Positions 28,861-43,843 of a DNA stretch of 64,000 nt are shown here, piece by piece; within the stretch, counting starts at the first letter, position 1; every line of letters starts with the position of its first letter. The translations under genes were made by a program, and so were the position numbers. This DNA comes from Octopus sinensis (lineage: Eukaryota): the NCBI RefSeq assembly GCF_006345805.1, contig NC_043012.1, forward strand, positions 18,662,001 through 18,726,000. The letters run 5' to 3'. Under the pieces are notes generated by a model. The model searched no databases and was not told the DNA's origin. It saw only the letters and a list, made by a program, of their open reading frames with translations.

Positions 28861-29304
28861 TTCAGAAATGTCACTCATAGTCTAATAAGCTCCTAATGAG
28901 AGTTTTTCTGTGGACTTTTCCCTTATTGAAGCTTTTGTAAACTCCGCACTCCACATTCTTAAAAGTACTCGTGTCTTCTCTTTTTTGCCTCTCGGGTTTC
29001 GTTTTCCATACAGTGCGTGCGATTATTTGTTTATTCATCTACAGTACTCAGCGAATTTTCTTTTAATATAGTTTAATCCATGTGTTGTACAGTGCAGTAC
29101 AGTAATATTTCAAAATTTATTAAACCATTAATTTTTAGTCGTGAAAATGGTTATTTTACCACAGAAATAATTAAAACCTAATACATATGAATACGTATCA
29201 GCCACAGAAACACACAATATACTGGGGGTATATTTGCATATATTAGCCAGAAAAATCCACGATAGGTGAACCGCCATATGCCGAATGGTTGCTCTATATA
29301 CATA

Positions 29305-29399
<95 letters not shown>

Positions 29400-30827
29400 T
29401 ACACAAATATTCGTCATATTTGTACTGCTCAGTAGATGGCATAAAAACTTAAAAATACGTTAGAATTACGTATATTTTCTCTTAGCTATCACGCCAGGAT
29501 TATTAAACACGTTCTTGCAGTCGTGCCCGTTCGAATCAAGACTGAAAGATAATATACTAAGTGGGTGTAATATTAAAAGCTGACATTTATTTTATTACTG
29601 GTCAAGCTGTATTTCACACACACTAACACACACACAAACACACACACGCGCGCGCGCGCGCGTATATGCGTGTTTGTGTGTACCGAATGATGTTCCGTTT
29701 AACTTCGACCCTCTGTATGAAACTAAAGTAAAAAACAATATGCTGGGGCCAATAAATGCCGCAATTTTTGTCTGACAGGTCGCTGTCTTAAAGCGACGAA
29801 ATATTTTGACAAATTAAACTTTAATGTTGAAGTGAATCGAACGGCTTTTGTGTGTTTTTTAAATGGCCTACAAACACCGTCCACGCTGCAATTGTTTATT
29901 TAATAGAATAGGCGGGAAATTCGAGTCCAAGAGATAAAATATATCTTTCATATAACTATAATAGGTTCTTCGTAGATTGTAAAACGATATAACGTATTCA
30001 ATGAATCAGCAAGATAGAGTCTATGAGTCAGCATGATAGAGTTTATGTTAACTAGTGGTACAGTATGGACAGATTTTCGAAATCCAAAGAATCTTTATAC
30101 ATTTATACAGTTAGGAAATTTTACAAATACACTTACTCAGGGAGATATGATATACCTATTATAATGGGTAATACTACATGTACTTTTCATATGTTTTATA
30201 GTGTGATCTAACTCTTTGGAATAACAATGTTTGCGGTTGAAGAGAGCTTTAAACCATCTTTTATATCAATTATACACTGATGTAAGAATGGATTGTTTAT
30301 AAAGCTTAAAACACGCGTACCGCGATGTCCTTAGTGTTCTGTTTTTAATTTTATTTGATATATAAATATATGTCTACATATTCAGAAATTATATATTGAG
30401 TAAAAATGTTTTCAGAATTTTGGAAAAACCTACTTTTATATTTCTTCAAAACACTATTAATTTTGAAGAAATAAATTAAAAGCCACATAGCGTGTCTGTA
30501 AGCCTCTCACTTTCTTATAGGAACGTTGCCATGTTCTTTTCTGACAATGTCGTCCATGATCATGCTAATATGTGAGGTCAGAGATATAAGCATGCAGTTT
30601 ATAACATCTGCTTCACTTCCTTCTTTGTGGACAGGGCAGATTATTCCTTCTTTTAACTTCCGAGACTCGGAGTTTTATCATGGCTACCGAATAATTCTCA
30701 CATATTACATTTACAGAGAAATTCCTCTCTTTACATAATATCATAGTCTCTTTCATTATTTTGTCGTCTTACCCTTTTTATCAATATATACATATACATA
30801 CATGCATACATATATATATATATATAA

Positions 30828-30883
<56 letters not shown>

Positions 30884-31202
30884 TGTGTATGTGTGTATAC
30901 AGAGAAGAATACACTGTACATTCAAACACATAAGAGATAACAAAAATAGGACATCTGACTCACTAGAAAGAGCAGTTAAACCCCAGACCACTAATTCTTG
31001 TAATTCTGAAAGTGAATGAAAAACAAAAACATTTACCCTATTGTCAGATATCCTATTTCTTGTTTATCTCTTATGCGTTCGAATGTACACTATATTCTTC
31101 TCTGAATAATGTATAGTCTATTTACTAAATGTTTCCTTCTCACTAGACCACTGGTAACAAAGAATTTTTCGATAAATATTTTTGCTACCCTAAGGTTTTT
31201 TA

Positions 31203-31239
<37 letters not shown>

Positions 31240-31243
<4 letters not shown>

Positions 31244-31810
31244 AAATAAAATGAGACAAAGAAGCCATAGCTATGTGGAATATTCAAGACATTTATAAAG
31301 TGAAAGTGTGTCTTACAGCAATTTCTGGGATTTTAATGGTATCCCTACCTCAGACACGATGTGAGATGGTTAAATAGAGGGACATTTTTATTGTTCAATA
31401 TAAGAAGCTATTTTAGAAAAGGAATAAATAAGGAGATAGAAGGAAATAGGAGAATGAAAGTAAAAATAAAAATTACAATGTATTAAGATGCTAAGTTGCA
31501 GTTCCACTATCCAAGAACACACACACACACACACCCACACACACACCCACACACACATATCCAAGAAAAAGAGTGTGTAGAAGTTGTAGAAATATTTCTT
31601 GCCCATGGTATGTAAATTTCGATAGGAGTTCATATTTTGTAATTACAAATGGAAAGTGTGGAGATGTAGATTCCATATGCTGTTTATTCACAGGGTTCTT
31701 GTGTTGTGAATGAAGCGTTTCATTAAATCAATGCGTGCTGTTGTTCATTTAAGAAAATCCATGGAGGTTATATTGTGTGCAGCATTCTTTAATATTCGTA
31801 TTATAGCAAA
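31240..31810 (-). mobile_element. Degenerate PLE 3' end/pLTR remnant with decayed hammerhead (31306-31357)
   Basis: Minus strand GTGT-CTGAGGTA-GGGAT accattaaa ATCCC-A-GAAA-TTGCTG-TA-AGACAC; begins at a (TA)n boundary; upstream TKYELLSKF weakly resembles a PLE endonuclease C-terminus. Confidence 0.4.
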
Positions 31811-32195
31811 TGCGTAAATGAATGCCTGTTTCTATTGAACACTATATTTTCGCGAAAACTTTATGAATGAACTTATGAAATTAGAATTCCCAAGCACAAT
31901 ACATAATGTGTCTGTAAAATATTTTACAGTGCCTTGTGTCGTTAAAGTGACTTTTGCCATTTTCACAGGTGTCTCGTGAGACAAACGAGTATCTTCTTTT
32001 CTGCATGTGCACTTGTCACTGTTAATTTAGTTTGTCTGCAGTTTATGGCAGAAAGACAAATTCTTGCCCACTCAATTACTCATCGAAAACAAACAGCGAG
32101 TGTACATGAGTCTTATGTCATCTGTGCTACACTAATGCCAAAAATGTTGCATGAATCAAAGCCGCATGTATTACACAGAGCGGAGTAGGTAGGTT

Positions 32196-32249
32196 TTTCG
32201 CTTCGATACATGTATAATGTCGACGCATTATACATGTATTGAAGCGAAA
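32196..32249. repeat. Isolated 24-bp-arm inverted repeat with 6-nt loop
   Basis: TTTCGCTTCGATACATGTATAATG-tcgacg-CATTATACATGTATTGAAGCGAAA: 23 Watson-Crick pairs plus one G-U on the + strand. Confidence 0.9.
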
Positions 32250-32941
32250 TCTAAAATCTCCCCTCCATCTAATTTGAAGAGATTCAAGATGTAAAGTAGA
32301 TATGAATGCATAGTGTGGTAGGATGCCTCCAAAACTTGGATATCTATAAAATTTTTACCAAAGAATGAACAGTTCAGGGATAAATTCCACTGATATTTGA
32401 GATTCTAATCATTATACTTAGATGCATATATACATACATATGTTCCAAAACCACCGGCTTTGACACATTCATAAGTACACACATATGCACCAGCGTGCCC
32501 ACACACCAATACACACATATATATGTAAACATACATACACGTTCCTGTGGAGATAGTGAATTATTACTTACATGGTTAGAACGTGATAGAAGGAGACAAA
32601 GTGGGAGATTTATAATTGCCTGCATCCAAAGTTATGTATATAAAAATTCTACACATACGCATTAAGGGTACGTGTATAATTGACAGCAAAATACATACGG
32701 TATCAAAAGTAGGATTGTGGCAGTAACAGTTGTTGCTTGTCTTTTATTTGAATGTTTAATCTTGAAACATTTGAAGCACGTTTTCTCCATTATTTGGAAA
32801 TATTTTTTTTTAGATTCACATGCACTTAATTCTAAATGTATGGGATTGACTTACATTTCTTATGCATAGATAACAATTGGATCATAGTCACTGGTTTGTT
32901 TTCGTTGGTCTACTTGCATACATACATTCATGCATGCTTGC

Positions 32942-33036
<95 letters not shown>

Positions 33037-34480
33037 GTATATGTATATGTACAGGTGTGTGTTTGTATGAGTGTGCTTTTCTATGTCGGCATGTATGTTG
33101 TATGTGACTGATTATGTTAAATTCGCTATTAATTGATGATCTGGTAAACGCTTAACGTAGACATGTAGTCATACAGGAATTACTCTCAACGGTATGTTCA
33201 CATGTATGAATATGCCTATATATACATGTGTGTAGTATGGGCATCTATCTGTATTTGCATGCAAAATATTTTAATTCTATGCTGCCTAAACTTTCTACAT
33301 ATTACCATTAAATTTCGATCTATATAAAGCTATAATGCAAAATTAGGCGAATTCTTTGGCACAGGTTTTTAATTTGGCATGTAGCAAAAATGAAACATGA
33401 CATATAATATTCATACACCTATCTATGTTTCATCTAATTCAGTTACATTTCTAAGTTTTCATTTTAATTTGCTTATTACATGAATGCTTCTATAGCAAAA
33501 CATTATACATAATAACACCATTTTATAATTATGTTCAAAAAGCAAGCACTGAGATAGAATAGATATAGACATTCATATGTAGTTACAATTTGTTGGCATT
33601 CGAGAAATACATTTTGAATGAATCCAAACTAATATGCGATAGATAGATAAATGTATGAGGCAAAGTGAACATATTATCTCAAATGAGATGGTTAAACACA
33701 ATAAAACCATTTCTCATGTATTGCAACAAAATGGTCATCATATGGAAATATTTTCCATATATCTGTAAGTATAGCATTTGATGAAGTTACTGGTGATGAA
33801 TTTGGATAGGATAGCTATTTCAGCAAGATATTGGTATTTATCTTTTGAAATGTGGTTAACATTTTAACATGTGATTAATTTTTGTCATTAAAACGTGTTC
33901 ACTTTTGGCATTATAAATTATATGAATCATTTGAAAGAAAACCGCAGGGAATATTCGAATAATATTTTAATTACTATTTCTCACTTAAATTAGTATGTAT
34001 CTAGTCTTATTGAAATCTTCACTCTTGAAATTGCTCTCGTTCATCTAACCTAAGTAATTTTATTTAATTCTTTGCAACATTCTCTCTCTCTCTCTCTCAC
34101 ACACATTCTCCATACATATATATATGTGAGTGTGTGTGTGTATGAGCGTGTGTCTGCGCGTGTGTGTGTATGTGTGTGTGCGTGTGTATGTGTGTGTGCG
34201 TGTAGAAAGAGGGTGATAGACAGAAAAGAGTAAGAGGTAATCCCTCTAATAATGCCTGATAACATCTGCATGCGTTTTTCTTTAACAAGAATGGAATGAT
34301 ATATCTCTTTCTAAGTTCATAGGAGACTAAATCAGATAAGAAAAGCTATTGTAAAATGTATTAAAAAAAGGATTTCACAGGTTTTTATTGACAGCATCCA
34401 CATCCCAATAGCTTATTAATCATCCGCAGTACTGTAGCCCTATATACGTATGTTTCACTCTGTTGCATTTTCCCCATAGA

Positions 34481-34548
<68 letters not shown>

Positions 34549-34748
34549 CTTTCTCTCTATATATATCTATCTATCTATAGTGGTAACCACTATAATCTGC
34601 AGTGGCGAGCAGTCAACGCGTTGTTCTGAGGCTGACCAAAGAATTTTTACTTTTAGATATAAATGGGGTACTTAAATGTACTTATGTTATTTGCTTCGGC
34701 TTTTTTCCCTGGGCGCATGTAAGTATCTTATTTATATTCTCTCGTAAG

Positions 34749-34808
34749 CTCTACTGATGACGAATAAATCTTTTATGAGATTAATTCCGAAATTGATTCA
34801 ATATAGAG
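34749..34808 (+). ncRNA. Type I hammerhead ribozyme motif in a solo pLTR-like cassette (~34579-34955)
   Basis: CTCTA-CTGATGA-c GAATaAATCT tttatg AGATTaATTC c-GAAA-TTGATTCAA-TA-TAGAG: perfect 5-bp stem I, core intact, C-C mismatch at the base of stem II. Confidence 0.75.
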
Positions 34809-34955
34809 ATAACGAAATTTAAATATTCTAACGGTTAGTTTGCTCGACTTCAGTTCAATTTTTCTGCAGCGAGTAGATCATATGTGGAAAATCAGCATAT
34901 TGGCTTTGGAATAATTTTCTTTAGACCTTTCTTATAATAATAAAAACAGTATATA

Positions 34956-35033
<78 letters not shown>

Positions 35034-35036
<3 letters not shown>

Positions 35037-35068
35037 GAGGGCGCGCTGAAAATTTCCTAGCTTTAAGG
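35034..35068 (+). mobile_element. Solo mariner-type TIR fragment
   Basis: TACGAGGGCGCGCTGAAAATTTCCTAGCTTTAAGG matches the reverse complement of the right end of the MITE at 61026-61217. Confidence 0.6.
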
Positions 35069-36708
35069 TAATCGTGAAAAACTTTTCTTCATTTATATGT
35101 TTCAGTCCTGAAGTTGTGACCATACTGGGGCAGCACCAGCATAATCATCGACATCGGTCGCTAATGCTGCCCTGTAGTGCAGGAGGTGCCAGCAACGGAT
35201 AGGGGTAGTAGAAAAAGCGGAGGAGCAGCGAGTCTCCTCTCCGTTCTTCCATAAAACTCTCACCACACCGCCAGATAGATATTTGTCACATACGTGTATA
35301 ATATCTTACTGAAGTGTACTTACTGAAACTTTTATGTATTTTAAGTTTTCGCTAATTTGAGGGTTTTGTAAAGTTTGAGTTGTGTTATCTCATGTTTTAT
35401 AAGTATGCGCTTGTGTGGGTAAGTTTTCTTTGCTGACGATGTATTTGTTCTTATTTTCTATTTGCAAATTATTTTCAGCTTGTTGCTCTAATATTCATTT
35501 CCCCTTATTTACTTCTCGTTTTGTTCAGAATTTTCAATTTGTCCCTTTTTATATTTCTTTTATGTCATAGGTTATCTGTTCGACAATGATCCAACCATGA
35601 CTCTCTCGTTTCAGTTCTGATATTGTGTATACATAGGGCTGATTTGGAGCATATTTACAACGAAATGTTCCTCACACGTTATTTCAGTTGAAATATTAAA
35701 TCCGTTATTGTTTTATAACCTACGCATAAATTTCCAATAAGAAAATACGATCAAAAATGTATTCCATATTATATTTAACTATTCAACACAGCAATCAATT
35801 AATTTCACACAGTTAAGTAATTAAATAAATAACGTTAATATGTTTGCTTCAATTTCGTTTTCTCACTTTTTTACTTCCGTGTTATAATTCTGAAAAGCAT
35901 TTCTTCAAAATATCAAAAGAAATATTCATTGAAGTCTGTGGAAATCAGCACTCCATGTTATGACGAAACGTGCCAGTTACACTGCGTAGTTCATTCGCTA
36001 TGAATAACTTTGTGAACTACAAGTATTGACGTAGTTACAATATGATGTTCAAGATACACGCTACGATTTCATAAAATTCCAGGTCTAAACTAAAGCATCT
36101 TAAAATATGCACGCACTACCTACAAGTTTGAGTACGTGTATACGTATACAGTATCTATGTATCTATCTAAATATATATATATTTCTCCGCGTTTTCTCTC
36201 TCTCTCAATATATTGAATATATACATATATATATATATATCCTTCTTTCCTTCTTTCCTGAGCGTCCAATAATACTATATTTGTTCCACGTCCTCGCGTT
36301 GTTGTGTTTTTTTGTGCTTTCTTGTTTAGATTAACTATATATGTGTATATATATATATGTATGTATATATACATATATACATACAGAGAGATAGAGTGAA
36401 AAAGGATATATATATACCTATAGGAGAGAACGAGAGAAAGAGGGATAGAGACATTCGTATAGCAAGTGTGCATGTATGTATTCTTGTTTCATCTTATCTT
36501 CTGCATATACGTTAATTAAAACATTTACTAATGTATGTCGTTGAACAGCGTAAATATCGTCTCTAAAAGAAAAAATAGATTTGCAACAAGAGCTGGTTTA
36601 AAAAATATGTTTCCAATATCGCGGCACTTGCAACGTTGTGTCTGTCTCAAATCTACAAGGCAAGTGAATGAAAACTTTTCACATGGGGAACAGACATCAG
36701 AAACATCA

Positions 36709-36808
36709 NNNNNNNNNNNNNNNNNNNNNNNNNNNNNNNNNNNNNNNNNNNNNNNNNNNNNNNNNNNNNNNNNNNNNNNNNNNNNNNNNNNNNNNNNNNN
36801 NNNNNNNN
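36709..36808. other. Assembly gap (100 N)
   Basis: Run of exactly 100 N, typical of a scaffold join of unknown size. Confidence 0.99.
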
Positions 36809-37280
36809 ATATACATACATATATATATATAATATAATACATCCCTACACATACACACATATATATACATACAAATACAGACCCATTCCCTAATTTAATT
36901 TTTTATCTTCATTTATTACTTTGTTATCTTTGACCGCTGGTCCCAAGCATCTGGCTATGACAGCAAGTCCATTTATCTGTCTACCTTGAAAACAAGCACT
37001 CATCACGCGGCACACTCTTAGCACGTACACTCACTCATTCGTCACTCATCCCCTACACGCACGCACACAGCCGTTATTTATCATACCTACATACATCTAC
37101 ATACATTGACGTATATACCATACGACGCGTAACTACAGATTCATGTCTAACACTCTTAGAAGGCTAGTCTATACATATACACACCAATAAATATATATAC
37201 ACACACATACATATACACCTACATACAAATACATACATATATATATATAGATATATATATATATACACATATATATACAC

Positions 37281-37311
<31 letters not shown>

Positions 37312-37889
37312 CATATATATATATACACACATACCATACATACATAACAACGCCACATACACATACATACGTATACATACATACATATACATCCATTCAT
37401 CCATACATACTACATTTATACACATACACACACCCATATAGATATTATCACATACAACATATACATATACATACATATACAAATATACGCACACACATAC
37501 ATACATACACATATACACATACACGCACTACACATGTACATGCGTACCATACACACACACCACACGCGCGACCATATATACACATAAGTACACACATGCG
37601 TAAAAGTATACATATATCTATGCTTACATATACACACACCACGCGCCTCCTTATATTCATACTTACATGCATAATCAAAAATACGTAAATAATAAGATAT
37701 ATATACCGCGCATTTATTCATACATGCATACTCAAAAAATAAATAATAAATATTAAGTATATGTACGTGCAGTTACCCATTATATAGACGGATCAAGACA
37801 TATAAACTTACAACCACACCATATATACTCTATATATATATATATAATATATATATATTATATATATACACATATACATATATCTATAC

Positions 37890-37921
<32 letters not shown>

Positions 37922-38110
37922 ACAAAAACGCATACAACATACACATATATATATATACATATTACACATATGTAATTATACATACCACATAATCAATCTA
38001 CGTACCTACAATACATAAACACACGACGTACGTTATGTACATACACATACATACACACACATACATATACACACACACACATACACACATAGATACACAC
38101 ACATACATAT

Positions 38111-38500
38111 ACTCTTTACTCTTTAACTCTTTTTACTTGTTTCAGGCATTTGACTGCGCCCATGCTGGAGCACCGCCTTTAGTCGAGCAAATCACCCCGA
38201 CTTATTCTTTTTAGCCCATACTTATTCTATTCTATCGTCTCGCTTTTCCCGAACACGCTAAGTGACGGTACTAACACACCAGCAATCGGTTGTCAGCATG
38301 CTAGGGGAGCCCAACACACACACAACCACAGACACATATAGTACATATATCGACAGGCTTTCTTCATTTCCGTCTACAAATCCACTCACAAGGCCTTGGT
38401 CGGCCCGGGCTATAGCAAGACACTTGCCATATGCACGCATTGGGATGAACCCGGAACCATGTGGCTTGTTAGCAGCTACTTACACCATGCCACTTCGCCT
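38111..38500 (-). mobile_element. SINE family A, full length, many small indels
   Basis: Collinear with 57746-58180 from the (ACTCTTT)n tail to the head CCACTTCGCCT. Confidence 0.88.
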
Positions 38501-39414
38501 ATATATAATAATATATATATATTTATATATATCTATAATATATATATATATATATAATATATATATATTATATATCTATATATATAATATCCTATATATA
38601 TATATATATATATCCCCATACACAACATATACATGTTGCAAACATACGTACATACTAATACAACACGCACAAACACTTACATTACATATATACAACAACA
38701 CTTACACACATATACATACATATATACATACATACTCATACATATATGCACACCACATATTCACAACATACCATATATACATATATACACATACATATAC
38801 ATTTACACATACATACATATATAACATACATATAATATATATCTATATATACACACATACATATACACACACATATATACATATACAAACACATATATAC
38901 CCACACGTACACACATACACATATATACATATATACTACATACACACCATACACACACACACACAATAATTATATACATACACGCATACATATACATATA
39001 TATACACACATATACACATGCACATACTTATATCTCTACATACCCCATATACATATAAATATATATATATATATACACACATACATATACCTATATACAT
39101 ATATACATACATACATATATATACACATCATACAATTATACTACACTCACATACATGCACATACACATAACTCTACATACCTACATATACATCGACATAC
39201 TCGCTACACTCATATATATACATATATACATACACACACACACATACATATACATATACATATATATATATATATATATATCTATAATATATATTATATA
39301 CACACGCACATACAATACCATACACATATACATATATATATAGACCCACCATACATACATTACATATATATATATACATATACACATACATATATATACA
39401 CACATACATATCAA

Positions 39415-40260
39415 CAATGAGGGTAAAGTTAATTAGTATTAATCAATCTCACCAGTTTCAGTATGTAAAAGGACCATTATTTTTTGAGTAAACAATGTAT
39501 GAGAGAAAATATTTTCTAAGTAGTGGAAGAGGCTAAAAAACTTTTTTGGCTGCTATTTCTAGAAAGTTCAGTATGTGGCAAAGTAATTTACATATACAAG
39601 CGTGCACATACAATATGTGAAAGGTCTAGGAGAAAAGGTAATTGGGGGTGCTAGGGGAACAGTGGGATTGGGGGGGTTTGTGGGTGGGGTGTCATCAATC
39701 TGGTTGCCGGGTAGGTCTATAGTTCTTGTAGTTTGCATACTTCTTATGCATGCAATTTGGGGAGTTTCTGAGATTTTGTAAGGAGAGGGGCCTTTGGCGA
39801 ACAAGATCTCTAGGCTCTCCGAAATGCAGAGGTCACAGCAGGTATGGCCTCCTGTGTACGAACGCGCCTTCTGTAGTAGTTTCCACTTGGTCTTGAAGGG
39901 GATATGAACACGCATATCTATAGCAGTGGTATCTCCCTTCTTACGAGGATTAGCATAGGTGTATGACATAAAATAAATGTAAAAACAGTGTGCTATCCTG
40001 TTGTCTCTCAAAGGCATTATGCTATCCGTTTCTCATTTGCAGGTGTCTCACAATGTCGAATACGTGGCAGATTAGTGAATAGTTGTAAGAAATCTCATGT
40101 TTAAGCGGATTAAGCAATAGTCGTCCTGGTGTAACTGCTCCAAAAAGTCTATTCGGAGCAGTGACTAGGTTTCCCTCAATTGTTCCTTGAAATTCAACGT
40201 ACAAGAATGCTTCTTATTAAGAATGTCTTCCAACTTAGCAATTACATGAAATTCTAATTA
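39415..40260 (-). mobile_element. Decayed Penelope-like element 3' portion (GIY-YIG endonuclease plus pLTR region)
   Basis: Minus strand TCK*...MPLRDN...KWKLLQKARSYTGGHTCCDLCISESLEIL matches the PLE endonuclease C-terminal WxI...Y......CxLCxxExxxI pattern also seen at 5.5 kb. Confidence 0.75.
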
Positions 40261-40959
40261 TAGTGTACTCGCTATGAATGATTTTTTAGTAAGTTGAAAA
40301 TCTGAGATTTAAAATTCCCAGTTACTTCTTGGTTCGAGAAAGCATGGAGAGGCTCTTTTAACGTCTCATTTTTATTAGATGGCTGTTCAATCGTTACTCC
40401 TTAAGTTTACTGTAGAATATGAAAAAAAAAAAGAAAGAAATCATTCCGTGCTTCTCGACTTAATGCAGGTGATGGTAGTAACGGTTTTTGAGAGTGTGGG
40501 TAGTTCATTTCTTTGAATTCCTTTCGATATTTTTCGATAGATAGCAAAACCCAATAATATATCGATACATTGTCATGTATGGATTTGCCTCACTCTGGAG
40601 AAAATTGGATGTAACAAACAAGCGGATGTATTGGCGCCTCCATGTATACAAAATAATTGACAAACATTGTATCTGAATATGGTACACGTACAACCACTTG
40701 GTTATTCAGGGGTGAAAACAAGGCAAGCCTGACATTTCAATTTAAGGTCAGTTGTTATGGGAAGAAGCTACTAATAAATATAGATGAATATAAACGATTA
40801 ACATTTACATAGATATGCACATTTGATCATCTAACAGGAGATGCAAGCATAATTTCGCCCGTCTACTGTATTATTAATACGATTTCAGTTTAATATCTCG
40901 TAATGTTCAAGTGGTAGCTACATACCTACCTACTACCTACCTACCTACCTACCTATCTA

Positions 40960-41024
<65 letters not shown>

Positions 41025-41880
41025 TATATATATAAATATAATGTATTTATGCATATTTACGCGCGCCATGCAGTGTCTCTCATTTCCTCGGCTCATTGAT
41101 CCTTTCAGAGATTGGAATTATAGTTATGCAGTGTCCAACAATCACAACACACTAGATGTATTGGTGTGCTTGACGGTCTAGCGGACGATGACCCAAGCAT
41201 TTCCTGATTGCTGGTGTGCTAAATGTTACCAATATTACGCACGAGCATTTACAGCAAATACTGAGATATCTCAGCAACTCCACAAAAGAAATGAAAGCAC
41301 AGATACATTAATGGACATATACGCACACCTACAAACTGACCCATGCACGTAGATGTGCATACATACGTAAACACAAACACACACACATACACACACGCAC
41401 ACACATTCAACAGTTATAGAAAATGGTATGATGTTATGCATTTTCCATATCAGAAAGCATTAGCGTCTTGTTGCTCATGTTCTTGCAAGCACTTACCCAT
41501 TCACTAAAAATAAATACCCGATATTCCAATTTAATGTATCACAATGTGTACATATATCTGAATGAACAAGGACGTAGATAATTACAAGTATGTCCATCCA
41601 TATATAGATTCTTTTCTTTGTACGCTTAAATGTATCGAACCAAAAAAAGAAATGCAAATTCCTGCACTACGTATTCTTGATGCATGCATGCGTCAATACA
41701 CATTCCTCAGATGTGTCAGTCTTCATAAATATAATTGCATGCAGGTGCACCTGCCTTCACACACATGAGTATTTACTTCCAATATAAACAGAGAAATATT
41801 TGCAATGCTATATTTGTATTCTACACCTACACGCACGCACGCTCTCACACATACACACACATATATATGTGTAATATATA

Positions 41881-41914
<34 letters not shown>

Positions 41915-42994
41915 ATACACGCATGTATACTTACAGACACACTGACACACACACACACACTCTTATATAAATATATATATATATATACATGCTATATATA
42001 TATATATATTATACGTGCATACATGGGTACAATACTAATGTATGTATGCTTATATATGGGTGTGTACCTATGTCTATTTTTGTGTATCGTAAATCTTTTA
42101 TTTCATGTGATTGTGTACGTGCGTATCGTATCATTGTACAATACACATGATTGTGTGTCTATTCGTGAGCATACATCCTGTTTTTATTTATTCATTTTTT
42201 TATGCACAAAAAAGAAACCAATGGAATGGATATATATCACATTGCATTGAAATGTATACCATCTTTAACTGATAATATCGATGTTAATTATTAGTTCATG
42301 ACACTTTTATATGAATTATTTCTAAATTTCAATACCAGTTTGATAAGGAAATTCATTAAGGAAAAAAAGAATTCAGATTATCATAATATTGACTTTTCGG
42401 AATTTTGCTAAACAAAATTTATTTTCTCCTCCTACGCCTTATCCTAGCGATATTGATATTTTTATTTTCACATATTTCGTCCTTACATTAGTTATACCAA
42501 ACAATCTATATATCTAACTATGCATACATGCTCCTAAATACACGGGCGCGAACACAGATATACGCATATACGTTATACATATATATATATATATTATATA
42601 TAGATATATATATATATATATATATATGCGTGTGTGTTTGTGTGTGCATATGTGTGTCTTTTCGAACGCAGTGGTGGTGGTCTGCGCTATATGGGAGACT
42701 CGTGCTATACGAGAAATGTGAAAGATCACTGAGGATCTGCCGTAGGGTGTATAATATTAGATATCCCGGACAGAGAGTTAATTCCACTGGAAGACGGCAG
42801 GAGGAAATCAAACGAAAGATAGCAGAGTTTTAATCCTCAATGTATTTGTCATTTTGTGAATGTATATATTTATGTATGTATGTAGGTATGTATGAATGAA
42901 TGTATGTATGTATATGTCTGTTTGTCTGTCTATCTATCTATTTATCAATCTATCTAAGCGTGTGCGTATATGTATGTATATATGTGTGTGTTAT

Positions 42995-43026
<32 letters not shown>

Positions 43027-43037
43027 TATATATATAT

Positions 43038-43094
<57 letters not shown>

Positions 43095-43843
43095 ACATAC
43101 ACGTGATTTTCAGTTAACGGGATTCTGTGTGTTAATGTGTTCCTTTCTACGTATCGTAATACGGTGAGTAAATAATTTTTTCACCTTAATTCCGAAGAAT
43201 CCAAGTACAAATAAGAACATGATTACAGAATATTTCTGAACCGATTTTCAATTTGACATTCGATGTTTGGCTGTCTGTTGCTCAAAGGCTAAATTCACAT
43301 GATACAATAGTGACAGCCGGTGTTGGTGAAATTTCGTCAACCGATATAATCTCTGCAACCGCGTGGTTTGAGGTTTCTATATGTGTGCGCGCTTGTCTGC
43401 GTGTGCGTGTGTGTGTATGTGTGTGTGTACGTACTTTGTGCGTCTACATTCATATATATTCGTGCCTGTTCTGTATTTTGCACTTCTTGGTAACCGATGT
43501 CTGTTTAGTTATGTCCCCATATGCAACAGTTCGGCAAAAAACGATATCGGTGTAATAAGTATCAAACTTAGAAATTAGTATTTAATAGAATGCACCCTTC
43601 AAAAGTGGGAACATGAGAATGTGTCCTTTTGAATATTTACTGTATGAAGTTCATTTATTCGATTAATTAGAATGAATTGTTTTATTTGCAGAAAATATAC
43701 AACAGAAAAACGTGACCAATATGAACCATTGAAATCAATCACATTGATATTCCTTGTACTGTATCGAGTCATGATTGCGATGAATTCTGCATTCTTGAAA
43801 TTAATGCAATTACAAAAGTCTGAATGATTATGTATAAACTCAC

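Noticed and set aside
28890-28960. CTAATGA-GAGTTT...AAACTC-CGCAC after a (TA)n tract
   Set aside because: Both core halves are mutated; possibly a dead HHR but indistinguishable from chance.
29690-29905. Segment resembling a dispersed octopus repeat
   Set aside because: Only a recollection of similarity; no termini or second copy in the window to classify it.
30001-30047. 22-bp tandem duplication
   Set aside because: Ordinary slippage duplication; no further structure.
42729-42842. CTGAGGA followed by a CTGCCGT/ACGGCAG stem and GAAA
   Set aside because: Extra bases before GAAA and no stem I pairing; not a supportable hammerhead.
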